Notes: generated by a model from the letters alone, not told the origin. 64,000 nucleotides of DNA from an uncultured Lachnospiraceae bacterium (GCA_902783385.1 CACZQP010000071.1:2311-66310), one strand, 5' to 3'; positions 38,222 to 49,220 are shown, numbered from the stretch's first letter. Made by a program: numbers and translations.

Positions 38222-38775
38222 GTTTTCCTGTCTCCGACGCTTCCGCCTCGGCCGTTCCCCGTAAATTTCGACATTCTCCGGAGAAGGGGAGATGCGACCG
38301 TGCCGATCACCGCACCCTTGAGAATCGCGATGAGGATCCGCGGGATAAGTGCGCCGTAGATCAGTGCGGGCGTGTAATAATGATAGATTTTTGCGTCCGT
38401 ATAGATGGCAAAGGTGTTGAACACCATGATCAGCAGCTCCATAGCGATGAAGATCACCACCACCTGCCGCGGCGTGTTGTTAAAGCCGGAGCGCTTTGCG
38501 ATGATCCCGGCCGCCAGCCCGCAGACAATAAACGGCAGGACCCAGAGCGGCGTCGTCGCCGTGATCCCATAGCTGAAAAACTGGTATAAAAAGATACCGA
38601 CCGCGCCAACTGCCATGCCGTCCACCGGGCCGTACATCAGCGCCGCAAACAGGACCGGCAGGTCCTCCAGCGAGATCTTCATCGCGTTTCCGATGCGGAT
38701 GGAGACAAAGCCCAGCACCACGCACATCGCCGCGAGCATCGCGTCAATTGAAAGCTGCGTTGTGGATCGTTTCAT
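38218..38775 (-). CDS. folT: ECF transporter S component, probably folate-specific
   Basis: MKRSTTQLSIDAMLAAM.., LMYGP..G, LIPRI. Hydrophobic, 185 aa, inside the folate operon, with RBS GGAGG. Confidence 0.75.
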   Translation of the reverse strand: MKRSTTQLSIDAMLAAMCVVLGFVSIRIGNAMKISLEDLPVLFAALMYGPVDGMAVGAVGIFLYQFFSYGITATTPLWVLPFIVCGLAAGIIAKRSGFNNTPRQVVVIFIAMELLIMVFNTFAIYTDAKIYHYYTPALIYGALIPRILIAILKGAVIGTVASPLLRRMSKFTGNGRGGSVGDRKT

Positions 38776-38789
38776 CCCACGGCCTCCCT

Positions 38790-39683
38790 CTAATAGCTTT
38801 GCCGGTTTGTCTCCTCGCGCTGTCTTCCCTGCGCGCGCCTTGCGGCCTCGAGCACATGTTTTACCAGCACACAGGTCGTGACCGAGCCGACACCGCCGGG
38901 CACCGGCGAAATCGCTTTCACCTTCGGTGCGACGCGGTCGAAGTCCACGTCGCCGGACACGCCGCCCTTCGCCTCGTCCCAGTTGATGCCGACGTCGATG
39001 ATCACCTGTTCCGGATTCGTATACTCCTCCGTGACAAGGTGGAGTCTGCCCGCCGTCGCGATCAGGATATCGGCATCTCTTGCCGCGGCGGGGATGTCCG
39101 TCGACCTTGTATGGCAGATCGTGACCGTCGCATTCTCCCGCATCAGAAGCATGGCGACCGGCCGCCCGATCACGAGGGATCTTCCGATCACCGTCACGCG
39201 CTTGCCCGTAGTATCGACATCGTAATGGCGCAGGATCTCCATGACCGCTTGCGCCGTGCACGGTGCAAAACCGATGTCGGAGCCGGTAAAAACGCCGGCG
39301 AGCGACAGATCCGTGCAGCCGTCCACATCCTTTTCCGGAGCAAGGTCCCGTCTCGCCTTCTCCTTGTTGAGCTGCGCGGGGAGCGGCCGGAACATCAGGA
39401 TCCCGTGAATATCCGGATCCGCATTCACCTCGTGAAGCTTTTTGTCAAAAGCCGACTGAGACACGTCGCGCGGCAGTATCACCTGTACGACACGTACGCC
39501 GACGCTGTCGCACCGCTTCATGGCGCCGCGCTCATAGGCGAGGTCCTCCTCCTGCTCTCCCACACGGAAGATGCAGAGCGTCGGGATGATGCCCGCCGCC
39601 TTCAGCCTCTCGGCTTCCTGCATCATCTGCGCCGTCATCGCATCCGCGACCGGTTTTCCCTTCAGAATTTCAGCCATTACCAC
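38790..39683 (-). CDS. folD: Methylene-THF dehydrogenase/methenyl-THF cyclohydrolase
   Basis: PEKDVDG, APCT, IGRSLVIGRP, IDVGIN, SPVPGGVG. Confidence 0.95.
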   Translation of the reverse strand: MVMAEILKGKPVADAMTAQMMQEAERLKAAGIIPTLCIFRVGEQEEDLAYERGAMKRCDSVGVRVVQVILPRDVSQSAFDKKLHEVNADPDIHGILMFRPLPAQLNKEKARRDLAPEKDVDGCTDLSLAGVFTGSDIGFAPCTAQAVMEILRHYDVDTTGKRVTVIGRSLVIGRPVAMLLMRENATVTICHTRSTDIPAAARDADILIATAGRLHLVTEEYTNPEQVIIDVGINWDEAKGGVSGDVDFDRVAPKVKAISPVPGGVGSVTTCVLVKHVLEAARRAQGRQREETNRQSY

Positions 39684-40306
39684 CTGCTTTTCCTTATCTG
39701 CACCAGCACCTCCGCAAAGGTCAGCTTCGCAAGCTGTCCGTACTCCTCCAGCATCCGGTCCGCTTCGTCCTCCAGTTCCCGCGCATAATCCTCATCCTGC
39801 ATCATCTTTGTGTTGATGAATACGTTGACGGATGCGGCCTGCATGGCTGACTGACACAGCACGGCGCCGCACGCCGCGTCCGAGAGTGCGATCTTCGTTC
39901 CCTTCAGAGAAAAAGCGCGGATCAGCTCCAGCGCGCTGCAGCAGGTCCGCATGATCTCCATCGGCGGCCGGCACGCCTCCCGCAGGGCATCTTCCATGAT
40001 CTTTTCTCTGTCCTGCGCGGATTTCGGAATGCGGTATGCCGCCGCGAGCGGCGCAAATGCCTCCGCATCCGCATCGACAAGCTGCAGGAACCTCTCCCGC
40101 AGCGCCTGCGCGCGCTCCATCAGGGACCGCACATCGTACTCCACGTCCCGGTATTCTTTCTTGCCGACGGTGAGCTCGCCCACCATGTCGCCCAGGGAGA
40201 TTGCGATCGCGCCGACCAGGGCGGATGCACCCCCGCCGCCCGGCGTCGGGGACGGCGATGCCATTGCTGCCGTGAATTCTTCGATCGTCGTATCCAGTAA
40301 GCTCAT
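39677..40306 (-). CDS. fchA: Cyclodeaminase/cyclohydrolase (FTCD_C family)
   Basis: SPSPTPGGGGASA, MVGELT.GKK.Y, SD, NVFIN. Confidence 0.88.
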   Translation of the reverse strand: MSLLDTTIEEFTAAMASPSPTPGGGGASALVGAIAISLGDMVGELTVGKKEYRDVEYDVRSLMERAQALRERFLQLVDADAEAFAPLAAAYRIPKSAQDREKIMEDALREACRPPMEIMRTCCSALELIRAFSLKGTKIALSDAACGAVLCQSAMQAASVNVFINTKMMQDEDYARELEDEADRMLEEYGQLAKLTFAEVLVQIRKSRW

Positions 40307-40339
40307 CCTGTCCTCCTTCTCCGAGGTCGGCCCCGTTGC

Positions 40340-42016
40340 TTAAAACAATCCGGAGATCACACCGTTCTCATCGACGTCGATCTTCTCCGCCGCCGGTACC
40401 TTCGGAAGGCCGGGCATTGTCATGATATCGCCCGTCAGGGCAACGATGAAGCCCGCGCCCGCGGAGACCTTCAGGTTCCGCACCGTCACGGTAAAGCCCT
40501 TCGGCGCGCCAAGGAGCGCCGGGTCGTCGGAGAAGGAATACTGCGTCTTTGCCATGCAGATCGGGAGCTCTCCGAAGCCGAGCTCCTCCAGCTGCGCCGC
40601 CTGCTTCTTCGCGTTCGGCGTAAGCTGCACGCCGTCCGCATGGTAGATCTTTTTGCAGATCTGCTCCAGCTTCTCTCCGATCGTCAGATCCAGGGGATAG
40701 GACTGACGAAATTCATTTTTCTCCTCGCACAGGCGGACGACCTCCTCCGCCAGAGCAATGCCGCCTTCGCCGCCCTTTGCCCACACTTCGGAGAGTGCGA
40801 CCTTTACGCCGAGCTCCCTGCACTTTTCTTCCACCAGCGCAAGCTCCGCAGCCGTGTCCGTCGGGAACGAATTGATCGCGACGACACAGGGAAGCCCGAA
40901 GACATTCTTCATATTGCCCACATGCTGCAGGAGGTTCGGCAGGCCTTTCTCCAGCGCCGCAAGATTCTCCTTGTTCAGATCCGCCTTCGCGACGCCGCCG
41001 TGATACTTCAGGGCGCGCACCGTCGCGACCATGACAACCGCCGACGGATGAAGATCCGCCATGCGGCATTTGATATCCAGAAATTTTTCCGCACCGAGAT
41101 CCGCCGCAAAGCCCGCCTCCGTCACGACATAGTCGCCGATCTTCAGGGCCATCCTTGTCGCGGTCACGGAGTTGCAGCCGTGCGCGATATTGGCGAACGG
41201 CCCGCCGTGGATCAGCGCCGGCGTCCCCTCGAGCGTCTGCACGAGGTTCGGCTTGAGCGCATCTTTAAGGAGCGCCGTCATGGCACCCTCCGCCTTTAAG
41301 TCGTGCGCGGTCACCGGCTTCCCGTCGTAAGTGTATGCGACGATGATCCGGCTAAGGCGCGCCTTCAGATCCATAATGTCAGACGAAAGACACAGCACGG
41401 CCATGACTTCGGACGCGACTGTGATGTCAAATCCGTCCTCCCGCGGGACGCCCTGCATCCTGCCGCCGAGGCCGTCCACAATATTCCGCAGCTGGCGGTC
41501 ATTCATATCGAGCGCGCGCTTCCAGGTGATCTGCTTCACATCGATCCCGAGCGCGTTGCCCTGCTGAATATGATTGTCCAGCATCGCGGCAAGGAGGTTA
41601 TTCGCCGCGCCGATTGCATGAAAGTCCCCGGTGAAATGCAGGTTGATGTCTTCCATCGGAACGACCTGCGCGTGTCCGCCGCCCGCTGCGCCGCCCTTGA
41701 TGCCGAACACCGGACCGAGGGAAGGCTCCCTGAGCGCGACGATCGCGTTTTTCCCGATCCTGCGAAGGCCGTCCGTCAGGCCGACAGACGTCGTCGTCTT
41801 GCCCTCGCCCGCGGGCGTCGGCGTGATCGCCGTGACGAGGATCAGCTTCCCGTCCTTTTTGTCCGCATGGTCCTTCAGGAAGGCATAGTCGATCTTTGCC
41901 TTGTAGTTTCCGTACTGCTCAATGTACTTTTCATCGATTCCGGCCGCCGCCGCGATCTCTGTAATTTTTTTCTTTTCGCACGCCTGTGCGATCTCGATAT
42001 CCGATCTGATCTCCAT
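40340..42016 (-). CDS. fhs: Formate--tetrahydrofolate ligase
   Basis: [52 protein letters not shown]. Confidence 0.97.
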   Translation of the reverse strand: MEIRSDIEIAQACEKKKITEIAAAAGIDEKYIEQYGNYKAKIDYAFLKDHADKKDGKLILVTAITPTPAGEGKTTTSVGLTDGLRRIGKNAIVALREPSLGPVFGIKGGAAGGGHAQVVPMEDINLHFTGDFHAIGAANNLLAAMLDNHIQQGNALGIDVKQITWKRALDMNDRQLRNIVDGLGGRMQGVPREDGFDITVASEVMAVLCLSSDIMDLKARLSRIIVAYTYDGKPVTAHDLKAEGAMTALLKDALKPNLVQTLEGTPALIHGGPFANIAHGCNSVTATRMALKIGDYVVTEAGFAADLGAEKFLDIKCRMADLHPSAVVMVATVRALKYHGGVAKADLNKENLAALEKGLPNLLQHVGNMKNVFGLPCVVAINSFPTDTAAELALVEEKCRELGVKVALSEVWAKGGEGGIALAEEVVRLCEEKNEFRQSYPLDLTIGEKLEQICKKIYHADGVQLTPNAKKQAAQLEELGFGELPICMAKTQYSFSDDPALLGAPKGFTVTVRNLKVSAGAGFIVALTGDIMTMPGLPKVPAAEKIDVDENGVISGLF

Positions 42017-42223
42017 GCTTATCTCTCCCTGAAGTCCATCCGTTTTCTCATTTCCGGCTATGCGCTCCGGCTCATATCTCACTATATCGGGGCGCACCCG
42101 TTATGACAAATTCATTTATTTCATGACAGATATTATCGTTTGTTTATACCGGGCGCTGTCTGTCGCTCTCCGTTTAGACGGATACCCAATAACATATTAT
42201 AATGAGAAACGGAGCGATATGCC

Positions 42224-43693
42224 ATGAATACTTCCCTTTATGACGAATTGAACAGATACCTCTCCGAGGGCCTTTATCCGCTGCATATGCCGGGACATAA
42301 GCGCCTCCCCGGCGCCGAAGGCGATGCAGCGGCCGATAAGCACGGGGCTTTGCCGTATCCGGAGGCTTTCCAAAAGCTCCCGTTTGAGATGGATGTCACG
42401 GAACTCCCCGGGACCGATAACCTGCATGACGCGAAGGGAATCCTGCGGGACGCAATGCTGCGCACTGCGAGGCTTTATGGGGCGGCCTGCACCTTCTATC
42501 TCGTCGGCGGAAGCACCGCCGGGATCCTCGCGGGGCTCCACGCGCTCGTTCCGTTCGGGAGCAAAATCCTGTGTGCGCGAAACTGTCACAAATCTGTCTA
42601 TCACGCGGCGGAGCTTTTACATCTTCAGGTCGTCTTTCTCGATCCGCCGGTTCTTCCCGACTTCGAAATTGCCGGGAGCATCCCCCCGGGGACCGTCGCC
42701 GCCGCGTTTGCCGCACACCCGGACGCAGCCGCACTCGTCCTTACATCGCCGACCTATGAAGGCGTCGTATCCGACATCCGCAAGATCGCGGATCTGTGCC
42801 GCGCCGCGGGCGCAAAGCTGTTTGTCGACGAAGCGCACGGCGCGCACCTCGGACTCTTCGAGAAGGACTATTTCCCCGAAAGCGCCCTGCACCTCGGCGC
42901 CGATCTTGTCGTGCAGAGCGCCCACAAGACGCTGCCGGCGCTGACGCAGACCGCTTTTTTGCATATTCCTTCCCTGCAGGGCGCTGACGGCGCCGCCGCA
43001 GCCGCGGATCCCGATGCCGTTGCAAGGAGCCTCTCCGTCTTTGAGACCTCTTCCCCCTCCTATCCGCTTCTCGTCTCACTCGATGCCTGCACGACGTTTC
43101 TCCGGGAAAACGGCGGGTCGTATTTTGCCCGCTGGCGGAGTATGCTGGAGGATTTTTACGAAGAGACCCGCGCGCTCCGGAATATCCGCATATTCCGCGG
43201 CGAGGGGCAGGCCGTCTTTGCCTTTGACCCTTCGAAGCTCCTGATCCGCTCCTCATTGGAGGGTGCAAGGCTTGCCGAGATTCTCCGGGAGCGCTTCGGA
43301 TTCGAGACGGAGATGCACGGCGGGAACAATGTCCTCGCGATGACAACCGGAATGGATGATCCCGCAGCCTTAAAAAGGCTGTCACAGGCGCTGCGCACCC
43401 TTGACGGCGATACTTTTCGCGCAGGCGAAGCCCGCGCCTGTCCGCCGCTTCCTGCCGGCGGTTTTTCCGGGCCTTCTCCCGTTTCCATCTTTGACGCCCT
43501 GCACGCGGAGACGGAAACCGTCCCCAAAGAAAAAGCGGCCGGCCGGATCCTGGCAGAATATCTCTGCCCTTATCCGCCCGGCATACCGCTTCTATCGCCC
43601 GGAGAGGTCATCCCCGAAGCGCTGTTATCTCATTCTTATTTCCGTGAAGTGAAGACTGTCCGTGTCATGCATACCGGTTCACGACTTCCGTGA
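42224..43693 (+). CDS. Orn/Lys/Arg decarboxylase family PLP enzyme (YaaO-like)
   Basis: LHMPGHK, RNCHKS, DEAHGAH, QSAHKTLP, TSSPSY, PYPPGIP. Confidence 0.9.
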   Translation: MNTSLYDELNRYLSEGLYPLHMPGHKRLPGAEGDAAADKHGALPYPEAFQKLPFEMDVTELPGTDNLHDAKGILRDAMLRTARLYGAACTFYLVGGSTAGILAGLHALVPFGSKILCARNCHKSVYHAAELLHLQVVFLDPPVLPDFEIAGSIPPGTVAAAFAAHPDAAALVLTSPTYEGVVSDIRKIADLCRAAGAKLFVDEAHGAHLGLFEKDYFPESALHLGADLVVQSAHKTLPALTQTAFLHIPSLQGADGAAAAADPDAVARSLSVFETSSPSYPLLVSLDACTTFLRENGGSYFARWRSMLEDFYEETRALRNIRIFRGEGQAVFAFDPSKLLIRSSLEGARLAEILRERFGFETEMHGGNNVLAMTTGMDDPAALKRLSQALRTLDGDTFRAGEARACPPLPAGGFSGPSPVSIFDALHAETETVPKEKAAGRILAEYLCPYPPGIPLLSPGEVIPEALLSHSYFREVKTVRVMHTGSRLP

Positions 43694-45299
43694 TGCGCGG
43701 CAGGATCTGCGACTTGCGCGACAGGATGTCCTTCTGGAAGCTGTGCTCCTCGCCCTTTTTGTTCGGAAAGGCCTCGAATGCCCACTCCGCGCGGTCGCCG
43801 GAAGCAAAGATGATCGAGCCGTTCTCCAGGATGCTGGTGTATGCCGCTACGCACAGGTCAAGGCGCTTTTTCCTGCAGAACTGATCGATCGCATGCTGGA
43901 TCGCGACACTCTGCCTGCGGATCTGCGCCGTGTCCGTCACGATGATCTGCGAGATCGCCGTGTTGACCCCCTGCAGATCAAAGAGCTTGAAGTCGACGCC
44001 CAGCTGCTCGTACATGGTCTTGTCGCCGTTTGCGGACGTGACTGCAAACATCTCCTTCGCAAATTCCTCAATATCGAGATTCGCAAGCGCCCCGAGGATA
44101 TTTGCCGTCTCCTTGTCCTTTGGCGTCGTCGTCGGCGAATGGAAATCCATCGTGTCGGACAGGAGCGCGCCCAGAAGGAGCCCGGCGATATTCGGCGGCA
44201 TCGGAATCTGGTTCTCCCGGTAGATTGTCGCCACGATCGTGGCGCTTGAGCCGACGATCTCGTTCCGGAAGCTGACGGGGCGGCTTGTGGAGAAGTCGTT
44301 GATCCTGTGGTGATCGATGACCTCCAGGACCTGCGCCTTCTCGACCGCACGCACGGACTGCGAAAACTCGTTGTGATCCACAAGGATGATCTTTTTGTTC
44401 TGCGCGTTCATGATGTGATAGCGCGCTGCGTAGCCGACAAGCCGGTTCTCCGGGTCCACAACGGGATAGATGTGGAAGCGGCTCTTCTGCATCTTTTTCC
44501 CGACGTCCTCCGCCAGTTCGTTCGTCGTAAACTTGATGAGCTTTGTCGTCATAATAAGCTTTACGGGAGGCGCAAAGAAGAGATACCGCACGGTGTTCAT
44601 GCAGCCGTGACCCGAAAGGACGACCGGGCAGTGATGTTCCCTTGCAAGGGACAGGACCTCGTCACTGATCTTTTCCGTCCAGACCGCGATCAGCATCCCG
44701 GCGCCTTTTCGGATGATCTCCGCCTGCGCATCGGCATCATCGCCGACGATCACAATGCGGTCTTTTATTTCGTATCGTTCGACGCGGCTGCCTGCGAGCG
44801 CGATGACGCTGACCTTGCCGTTTAAATGCGTCTGCGCGTCATCATACAGCACCGTTCCTTCCACGGCCTTCGCGAAGTTCTCGACCGGCGTATCGACGAG
44901 AATGCCGATCGACTGCGCGGTGTCTCCCAGGCCGATCTCCGCGATGTTGCTCTTCGTGACCATGCCAAGGAGCCTGCCCTCCTCGTCCACGACGCCGCAG
45001 TAGGTGTGCTTTTCCTCCTCCATCAGCTGCAGCGCCTCAAAGATCGTCGTCTCCGGCGAGATATGCGTCGGCGGATCGAGCGTGATCTCGCTCATCCTGA
45101 CGCGGGCATCCGTCAGCAGCATCGGCTCCTCGAAGCCGAAACGAGAAAGCAGATACTTCGATTCCGCATTCATTTCACCCAGCCGGCACGGCACCGCGTT
45201 CACGCCCATGGCACGCTTGAAGAATGCGTACCCGATCGCCGACGCGATGGAATCCGTGTCCGGATGCTGGTGTCCCGTTACATATACTTTATCCTGCAT
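43665..45299 (-). CDS. ppaC: Mn-dependent inorganic pyrophosphatase with CBS-DRTGG insert (CBS-PPase)
   Basis: GHQHPDTDS, CBS/DRTGG region, LVDHNE, IDHHR, LSRKSQILP. Confidence 0.92.
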   Translation of the reverse strand: MQDKVYVTGHQHPDTDSIASAIGYAFFKRAMGVNAVPCRLGEMNAESKYLLSRFGFEEPMLLTDARVRMSEITLDPPTHISPETTIFEALQLMEEEKHTYCGVVDEEGRLLGMVTKSNIAEIGLGDTAQSIGILVDTPVENFAKAVEGTVLYDDAQTHLNGKVSVIALAGSRVERYEIKDRIVIVGDDADAQAEIIRKGAGMLIAVWTEKISDEVLSLAREHHCPVVLSGHGCMNTVRYLFFAPPVKLIMTTKLIKFTTNELAEDVGKKMQKSRFHIYPVVDPENRLVGYAARYHIMNAQNKKIILVDHNEFSQSVRAVEKAQVLEVIDHHRINDFSTSRPVSFRNEIVGSSATIVATIYRENQIPMPPNIAGLLLGALLSDTMDFHSPTTTPKDKETANILGALANLDIEEFAKEMFAVTSANGDKTMYEQLGVDFKLFDLQGVNTAISQIIVTDTAQIRRQSVAIQHAIDQFCRKKRLDLCVAAYTSILENGSIIFASGDRAEWAFEAFPNKKGEEHSFQKDILSRKSQILPRITEVVNRYA

Positions 45300-45323
45300 G
45301 GTGGTCTCTCCCTGCCTCAAAAT

Positions 45324-45350
45324 GATCGCCCGCAGGGCCTGCGGGCGATC
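45324..45350. terminator. Near-perfect inverted repeat between the FAD oxidoreductase and ppaC
   Basis: GATCGCCCGCAGG-G-CCTGCGGGCGATC, with a T-rich tail on the + strand only. Confidence 0.5.
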
Positions 45351-45358
45351 TGTTGTTT

Positions 45359-46735
45359 TTATGCTCCCATTTCCTCCAGGATCTTTCTGGCGACGTATAC
45401 GCCGCTTGCCGACGCATGCGAGAGAGAATGCGTCACGCCGCTCCCGTCTCCGATCACATACAGACCCTTGTGCGTCGTCTCCAGATTCTCGTCCAGAGAG
45501 ACCTCCATGTTATAGAATTTGACCTCGACGCCATAAAGAAGCGTATCATCGTTCGCAGTGCCCTTGCAGATCTTATCAAGCGCGTAGATCATCTCGATGA
45601 TGCCGTCCAGGATCCGCTTCGGCAGAACAAGGGAAAGATCGCCCGGTGTCGCGTCCAGCGTCGGTACGACGGTGCACTGCTCGATCCTCTTGTGGTTGCT
45701 CCTGCGGCCGCGGACCAAATCGCCGAAACGCTGCAGGATGACGCCGCCGCCCAGCATGTTGGAAAGCCGCGCGATGCTCTCGCCGTATCCGTTGGAGTCC
45801 TTGAAGGGCTCGGAGAAATGGTTTGCGACAAGAAGCGCGAAGTTTGTGTTCTCCGTCTGCCTTGCAGGATCCTCAAAGCTGTGTCCGTTGACGGTGACAA
45901 TGCCGTTGGTGTTCTCGTTGACGACAATGCCGTGCGGGTTCATGCAGAACGTGCGGACACTGTCCTCAAATTTTTCCGTGCGGTAGACGATCTTGCTCTC
46001 ATAGAGCTGGTCCGTCAGGTCGGAAAAAATGACAGCCGGAAGCTCCACGCGCACGCCGATATCGACGCGGTTGGACTTGGTCGGGATATTGAGCGATTTG
46101 CAGATGCTCTCCATCCACTTGCTGCCGCTGCGGCCGACGGAGACGATACATTTTTGGCAGTCCGCCTGGCCGTCTTTATAAAGAACGCGATAACCCTCGT
46201 CCGTGATCTCGATGTTCTCCACCGGTGTGTTGAAGTAGAAATCGACCTTATCCTTCAGAAGATCGTACAGGTGCTCCAGCACGATGTAGTTGATGTCGGT
46301 TCCGAGGTGCCGTACCGAGGCGTCCAGAAGCCGGAGCTTGTTCTGCATGCAGAGCTTCTTGATGTCGGAGCCGGACGTCGAATACAGCCGCGTCCCCTCT
46401 CCGCCGTTTGCCATATTGATCTCGTCGACATACTTCATCAGCTCGATGGCCTTTTTGGTGCCGATATATTCGTGGAGCGTTCCGCCGAAATCATTCGTGA
46501 TATTGTATTTTCCGTCTGAAAATGCACCGGCGCCGCCAAATCCGTTCATGATCGAGCAGGTCTTGCAGTTGATGCACGTCTTGACCTTGTCTCCGTCGAT
46601 CGGACAGTGCCGCTTGTCCAGCGTATTGCCCGCTTCGAACATTGCAATCTTCAGGCCTGGATTCTTCTGAGTAAGTTCATATGCCGAATAGATTCCACCA
46701 GGCCCACCGCCGATGATCACGACATCGTATTTCAT
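45359..46735 (-). CDS. Uncharacterised FAD-dependent oxidoreductase with Cys cluster
   Basis: GGGPGG, CP..CINCKTC, GGAGAFSDGK, VRTFCMNP, GDGSG. Confidence 0.85.
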   Translation of the reverse strand: MKYDVVIIGGGPGGIYSAYELTQKNPGLKIAMFEAGNTLDKRHCPIDGDKVKTCINCKTCSIMNGFGGAGAFSDGKYNITNDFGGTLHEYIGTKKAIELMKYVDEINMANGGEGTRLYSTSGSDIKKLCMQNKLRLLDASVRHLGTDINYIVLEHLYDLLKDKVDFYFNTPVENIEITDEGYRVLYKDGQADCQKCIVSVGRSGSKWMESICKSLNIPTKSNRVDIGVRVELPAVIFSDLTDQLYESKIVYRTEKFEDSVRTFCMNPHGIVVNENTNGIVTVNGHSFEDPARQTENTNFALLVANHFSEPFKDSNGYGESIARLSNMLGGGVILQRFGDLVRGRRSNHKRIEQCTVVPTLDATPGDLSLVLPKRILDGIIEMIYALDKICKGTANDDTLLYGVEVKFYNMEVSLDENLETTHKGLYVIGDGSGVTHSLSHASASGVYVARKILEEMGA

Positions 46736-46800
46736 ATCCGTATTCCCTCCAACACTTCCTTTGCCCCATGCCGCCCACCGCGGTCGGAGCGCTCAAATCA

Positions 46801-46830
46801 GAAAAGCACGGGAACGCTCCTGTGCTTTTC
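46801..46830 (-). terminator. Terminator-like hairpin downstream of galK
   Basis: GAAAAGCACGGGA-ACGC-TCCTGTGCTTTTC on the + strand. Confidence 0.65.
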
Positions 46831-46860
46831 AAAATAATTTCTATAAGATTGTACTACATC

Positions 46861-48057
46861 CTATGCCGGTCCGTCCAGCACATGAGGACCCATTCCCGCA
46901 CGGACCTCATAGAAGTCACAGGTTTTCCCCGTCTCCTTCTGATACCGCTCGGAGAGCTTTGTCCGGAACTCCTCTGTGGCCTCGTCCCGGACGATCGAGA
47001 CTGTACAGCCCCCGAAGCCGCCGCCGGTGATCCGGCTGCCATAGACGCCCGGGATCTCCCACGCCGCCTCTGCAAGAATATCCGCCTCCCTGCAGGAGGT
47101 CTCAAAATCGTCGCGGAGCGAAACATGCGATGCGTTCATCAGCTTTCCGAAGGCCGCGAGATCTCCTTCCTTCAGGGCCCTGACCGCCTCCGTCGCGCGA
47201 GCGTTCTCGTACACCGCATGTTTTGCGCGCCTGCGGTTTGTCTCATCCGGGATCAGCGCCTTAAGCTTGTCGAACCTGTCGCAGGTCAGCTCTCCGAGGG
47301 AGCGGATGTCGGTCACGGTCTGCAGATCCGCGAGCGCCTGTGCGCACTGCCTTCTCCGCTCATTGTACTCGGAGTCGACGAGCGAGTGCTTCACATTGGT
47401 ATTGGTGATCAGGATCTTCGCCCCCTTCAGGTTCAGCGGGACGCTCTCATACTGCAGCGTCGCCGTATCCAGGAAGAGCGCGTGGTCTTCCTCGCCCATC
47501 GCAGAGGCGAACTGGTCCATGATGCCGCAGGAGAGACCGCAGAAGTTGTTCTCCGCATCCTGGCCGATGATCGCAAGTTCGGGACCGGACGTCGGGAAAT
47601 GATAAAGGTCCGTCAGCGCATAGCCCGTCAGGACCTCCAGGGAGGCCGATGACGAGAGTCCCGCGCCTGCCGGGATATCTCCGTAAATCACCATCTCGAA
47701 GCCGGTGTCGAATTCATAGTTCCGGTTCTGCATGGACCACACGACGCCGCGGATGTAATTTGTCCAGCTCTGCTCGCCGGTCAGCGGTCGCAGATCCTCC
47801 ACAGAAGAGAATGAGATGCCGTTCATGGCGCGGTTTACCGAATAGAGCCGGATCTGCTTGTCCTCACGGAGCCTTGCAGCTCCGTAAGTGCCGACGGTCA
47901 GGGCGCACGGAAAGACATGCCCGCCGTTGTAGTCGGTGTGTTCGCCGATCAGGTTGACGCGGCCCGGCGCGAAGTAATACCGAACATCCGCCGCATTGCC
48001 GAACACGGTCTCAAAGGTGTCATGCAGTGTCTTCTGAACATCAAACGCTTCCGTCAT
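46861..48057 (-). CDS. galK: Galactokinase
   Basis: APGRVNLIGEHTDY, GAGLSSSAS, CGIMDQ, GGGFGGC. Confidence 0.96.
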   Translation of the reverse strand: MTEAFDVQKTLHDTFETVFGNAADVRYYFAPGRVNLIGEHTDYNGGHVFPCALTVGTYGAARLREDKQIRLYSVNRAMNGISFSSVEDLRPLTGEQSWTNYIRGVVWSMQNRNYEFDTGFEMVIYGDIPAGAGLSSSASLEVLTGYALTDLYHFPTSGPELAIIGQDAENNFCGLSCGIMDQFASAMGEEDHALFLDTATLQYESVPLNLKGAKILITNTNVKHSLVDSEYNERRRQCAQALADLQTVTDIRSLGELTCDRFDKLKALIPDETNRRRAKHAVYENARATEAVRALKEGDLAAFGKLMNASHVSLRDDFETSCREADILAEAAWEIPGVYGSRITGGGFGGCTVSIVRDEATEEFRTKLSERYQKETGKTCDFYEVRAGMGPHVLDGPA

Positions 48058-48183
48058 ATCCGCTCCTGTTCTTCTCCTGTCTTACTCTGTTTTCCGTCCT
48101 GCGCCCAGACAGTTTCGGCACTTCCGCTCCGGATCCCGGAGCAGAAGTGCCGCTGCCTGATTCACCTGAAAAAGCTCTGCTGA

Positions 48184-49167
48184 TTATTTCTTCGCGACGT
48201 ACTTTCTGATATCCAGCGAGATCGCGATAAACAGGACGATGCCGATCGCGATGTACTGCGCGTTGTTGTCGACGCCGAGGAACTGCAGCGCGACCTTTAA
48301 CAGTTCAAGCACGGCAACGCCGATGACCGCAGAGGATACGCGGCCGCGGCCGCCGGTGACGGAGACGCCGCCCAGCGCGCACGCCGCGATAGCTTCCATC
48401 TCATATCCGAGGCCGGTGTTGATCGATGCACCGCCCGCCTTCGCGCCCAGCATAAAGCCCGCGAGCGCATACATGGCTGCCGCCTTTGCGTAGATGATCA
48501 CCATGGTCTTCTTGACCGGGACGCCCGCGACTTCCGCCGCCTGCGGATTTCCACCGATCGCATACATGTACTTGCCGTGGCGCGTCATGTTAAAGATAAA
48601 CCAGGTAATGAGGCCGACGAGGACCGCGATCCAGATCAGCCATGAAAGCGTCAGGAACTTCCCGGATGAAAACGCCGTATAGGAGGTGACATAACCGCCC
48701 AGCGGCGTTGCGCCCGTGTAAATAAGTCCCAGTCCGTAGATGATCTCCATCATGGCCAGCGTGGCAATGAACGGCGGGACCGAAAGATAGGCGATAAAGA
48801 ATCCGGTGATCGATCCGAAGAGCGCGCAGATCAGCATGACAAGGATCAGGGCCAGGAACGGATTTAAGGGTTCCATGCCCGGGAAGAACTTGCCTGAGTA
48901 GTCGATCTTCTGCAGAAGCGTACCTGCAATGCAGGCTGCAAAGCCGATCATGCGGCCGGCGGACAGATCGCATCCGCCTGTGATGACGCATCCTGCGATG
49001 CCGAGTGCGATGACCAGGCGGTAAGACATGTTGCCGCCCAGGTTCCGGAAGTTGTTGGCCGTAAAGAAGTTGTCCGACCTAAGTCCGGTGTACAGCACCA
49101 GGATGATCATGATGATGATGACACCGTTGTTGATTAAGAAATCCTTCACTGACTTGTTCTTAGACAT
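48184..49167 (-). CDS. mglC: Galactose/galactoside ABC permease
   Basis: GCDLSAGR, PPFIATL, AIGGNP.AA, EAIAACALGGVS. Confidence 0.88.
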   Translation of the reverse strand: MSKNKSVKDFLINNGVIIIMIILVLYTGLRSDNFFTANNFRNLGGNMSYRLVIALGIAGCVITGGCDLSAGRMIGFAACIAGTLLQKIDYSGKFFPGMEPLNPFLALILVMLICALFGSITGFFIAYLSVPPFIATLAMMEIIYGLGLIYTGATPLGGYVTSYTAFSSGKFLTLSWLIWIAVLVGLITWFIFNMTRHGKYMYAIGGNPQAAEVAGVPVKKTMVIIYAKAAAMYALAGFMLGAKAGGASINTGLGYEMEAIAACALGGVSVTGGRGRVSSAVIGVAVLELLKVALQFLGVDNNAQYIAIGIVLFIAISLDIRKYVAKK

Positions 49168-49220
49168 CTTGTACCTCTCTCTGCGCTGCATTCAGCGCTA
49201 ATTCGGTGAATTTGCAGCGC

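Noticed and set aside
38776-39261. N-terminal extension of the folT ORF (347 aa call)
   Set aside because: It overlaps folD out of frame. The real start is the ATG at 38775 with an RBS.
38790-42016. Wood-Ljungdahl acetogenesis cluster
   Set aside because: The fhs-fchA-folD order matches, but there are no metF/metV, acs or cooS genes. The neighbours are folate salvage genes.
42017-42223. THF or ZTP riboswitch upstream of fhs/folT
   Set aside because: I could not find the conserved motifs of either, and the space is shared with the divergent decarboxylase promoter.
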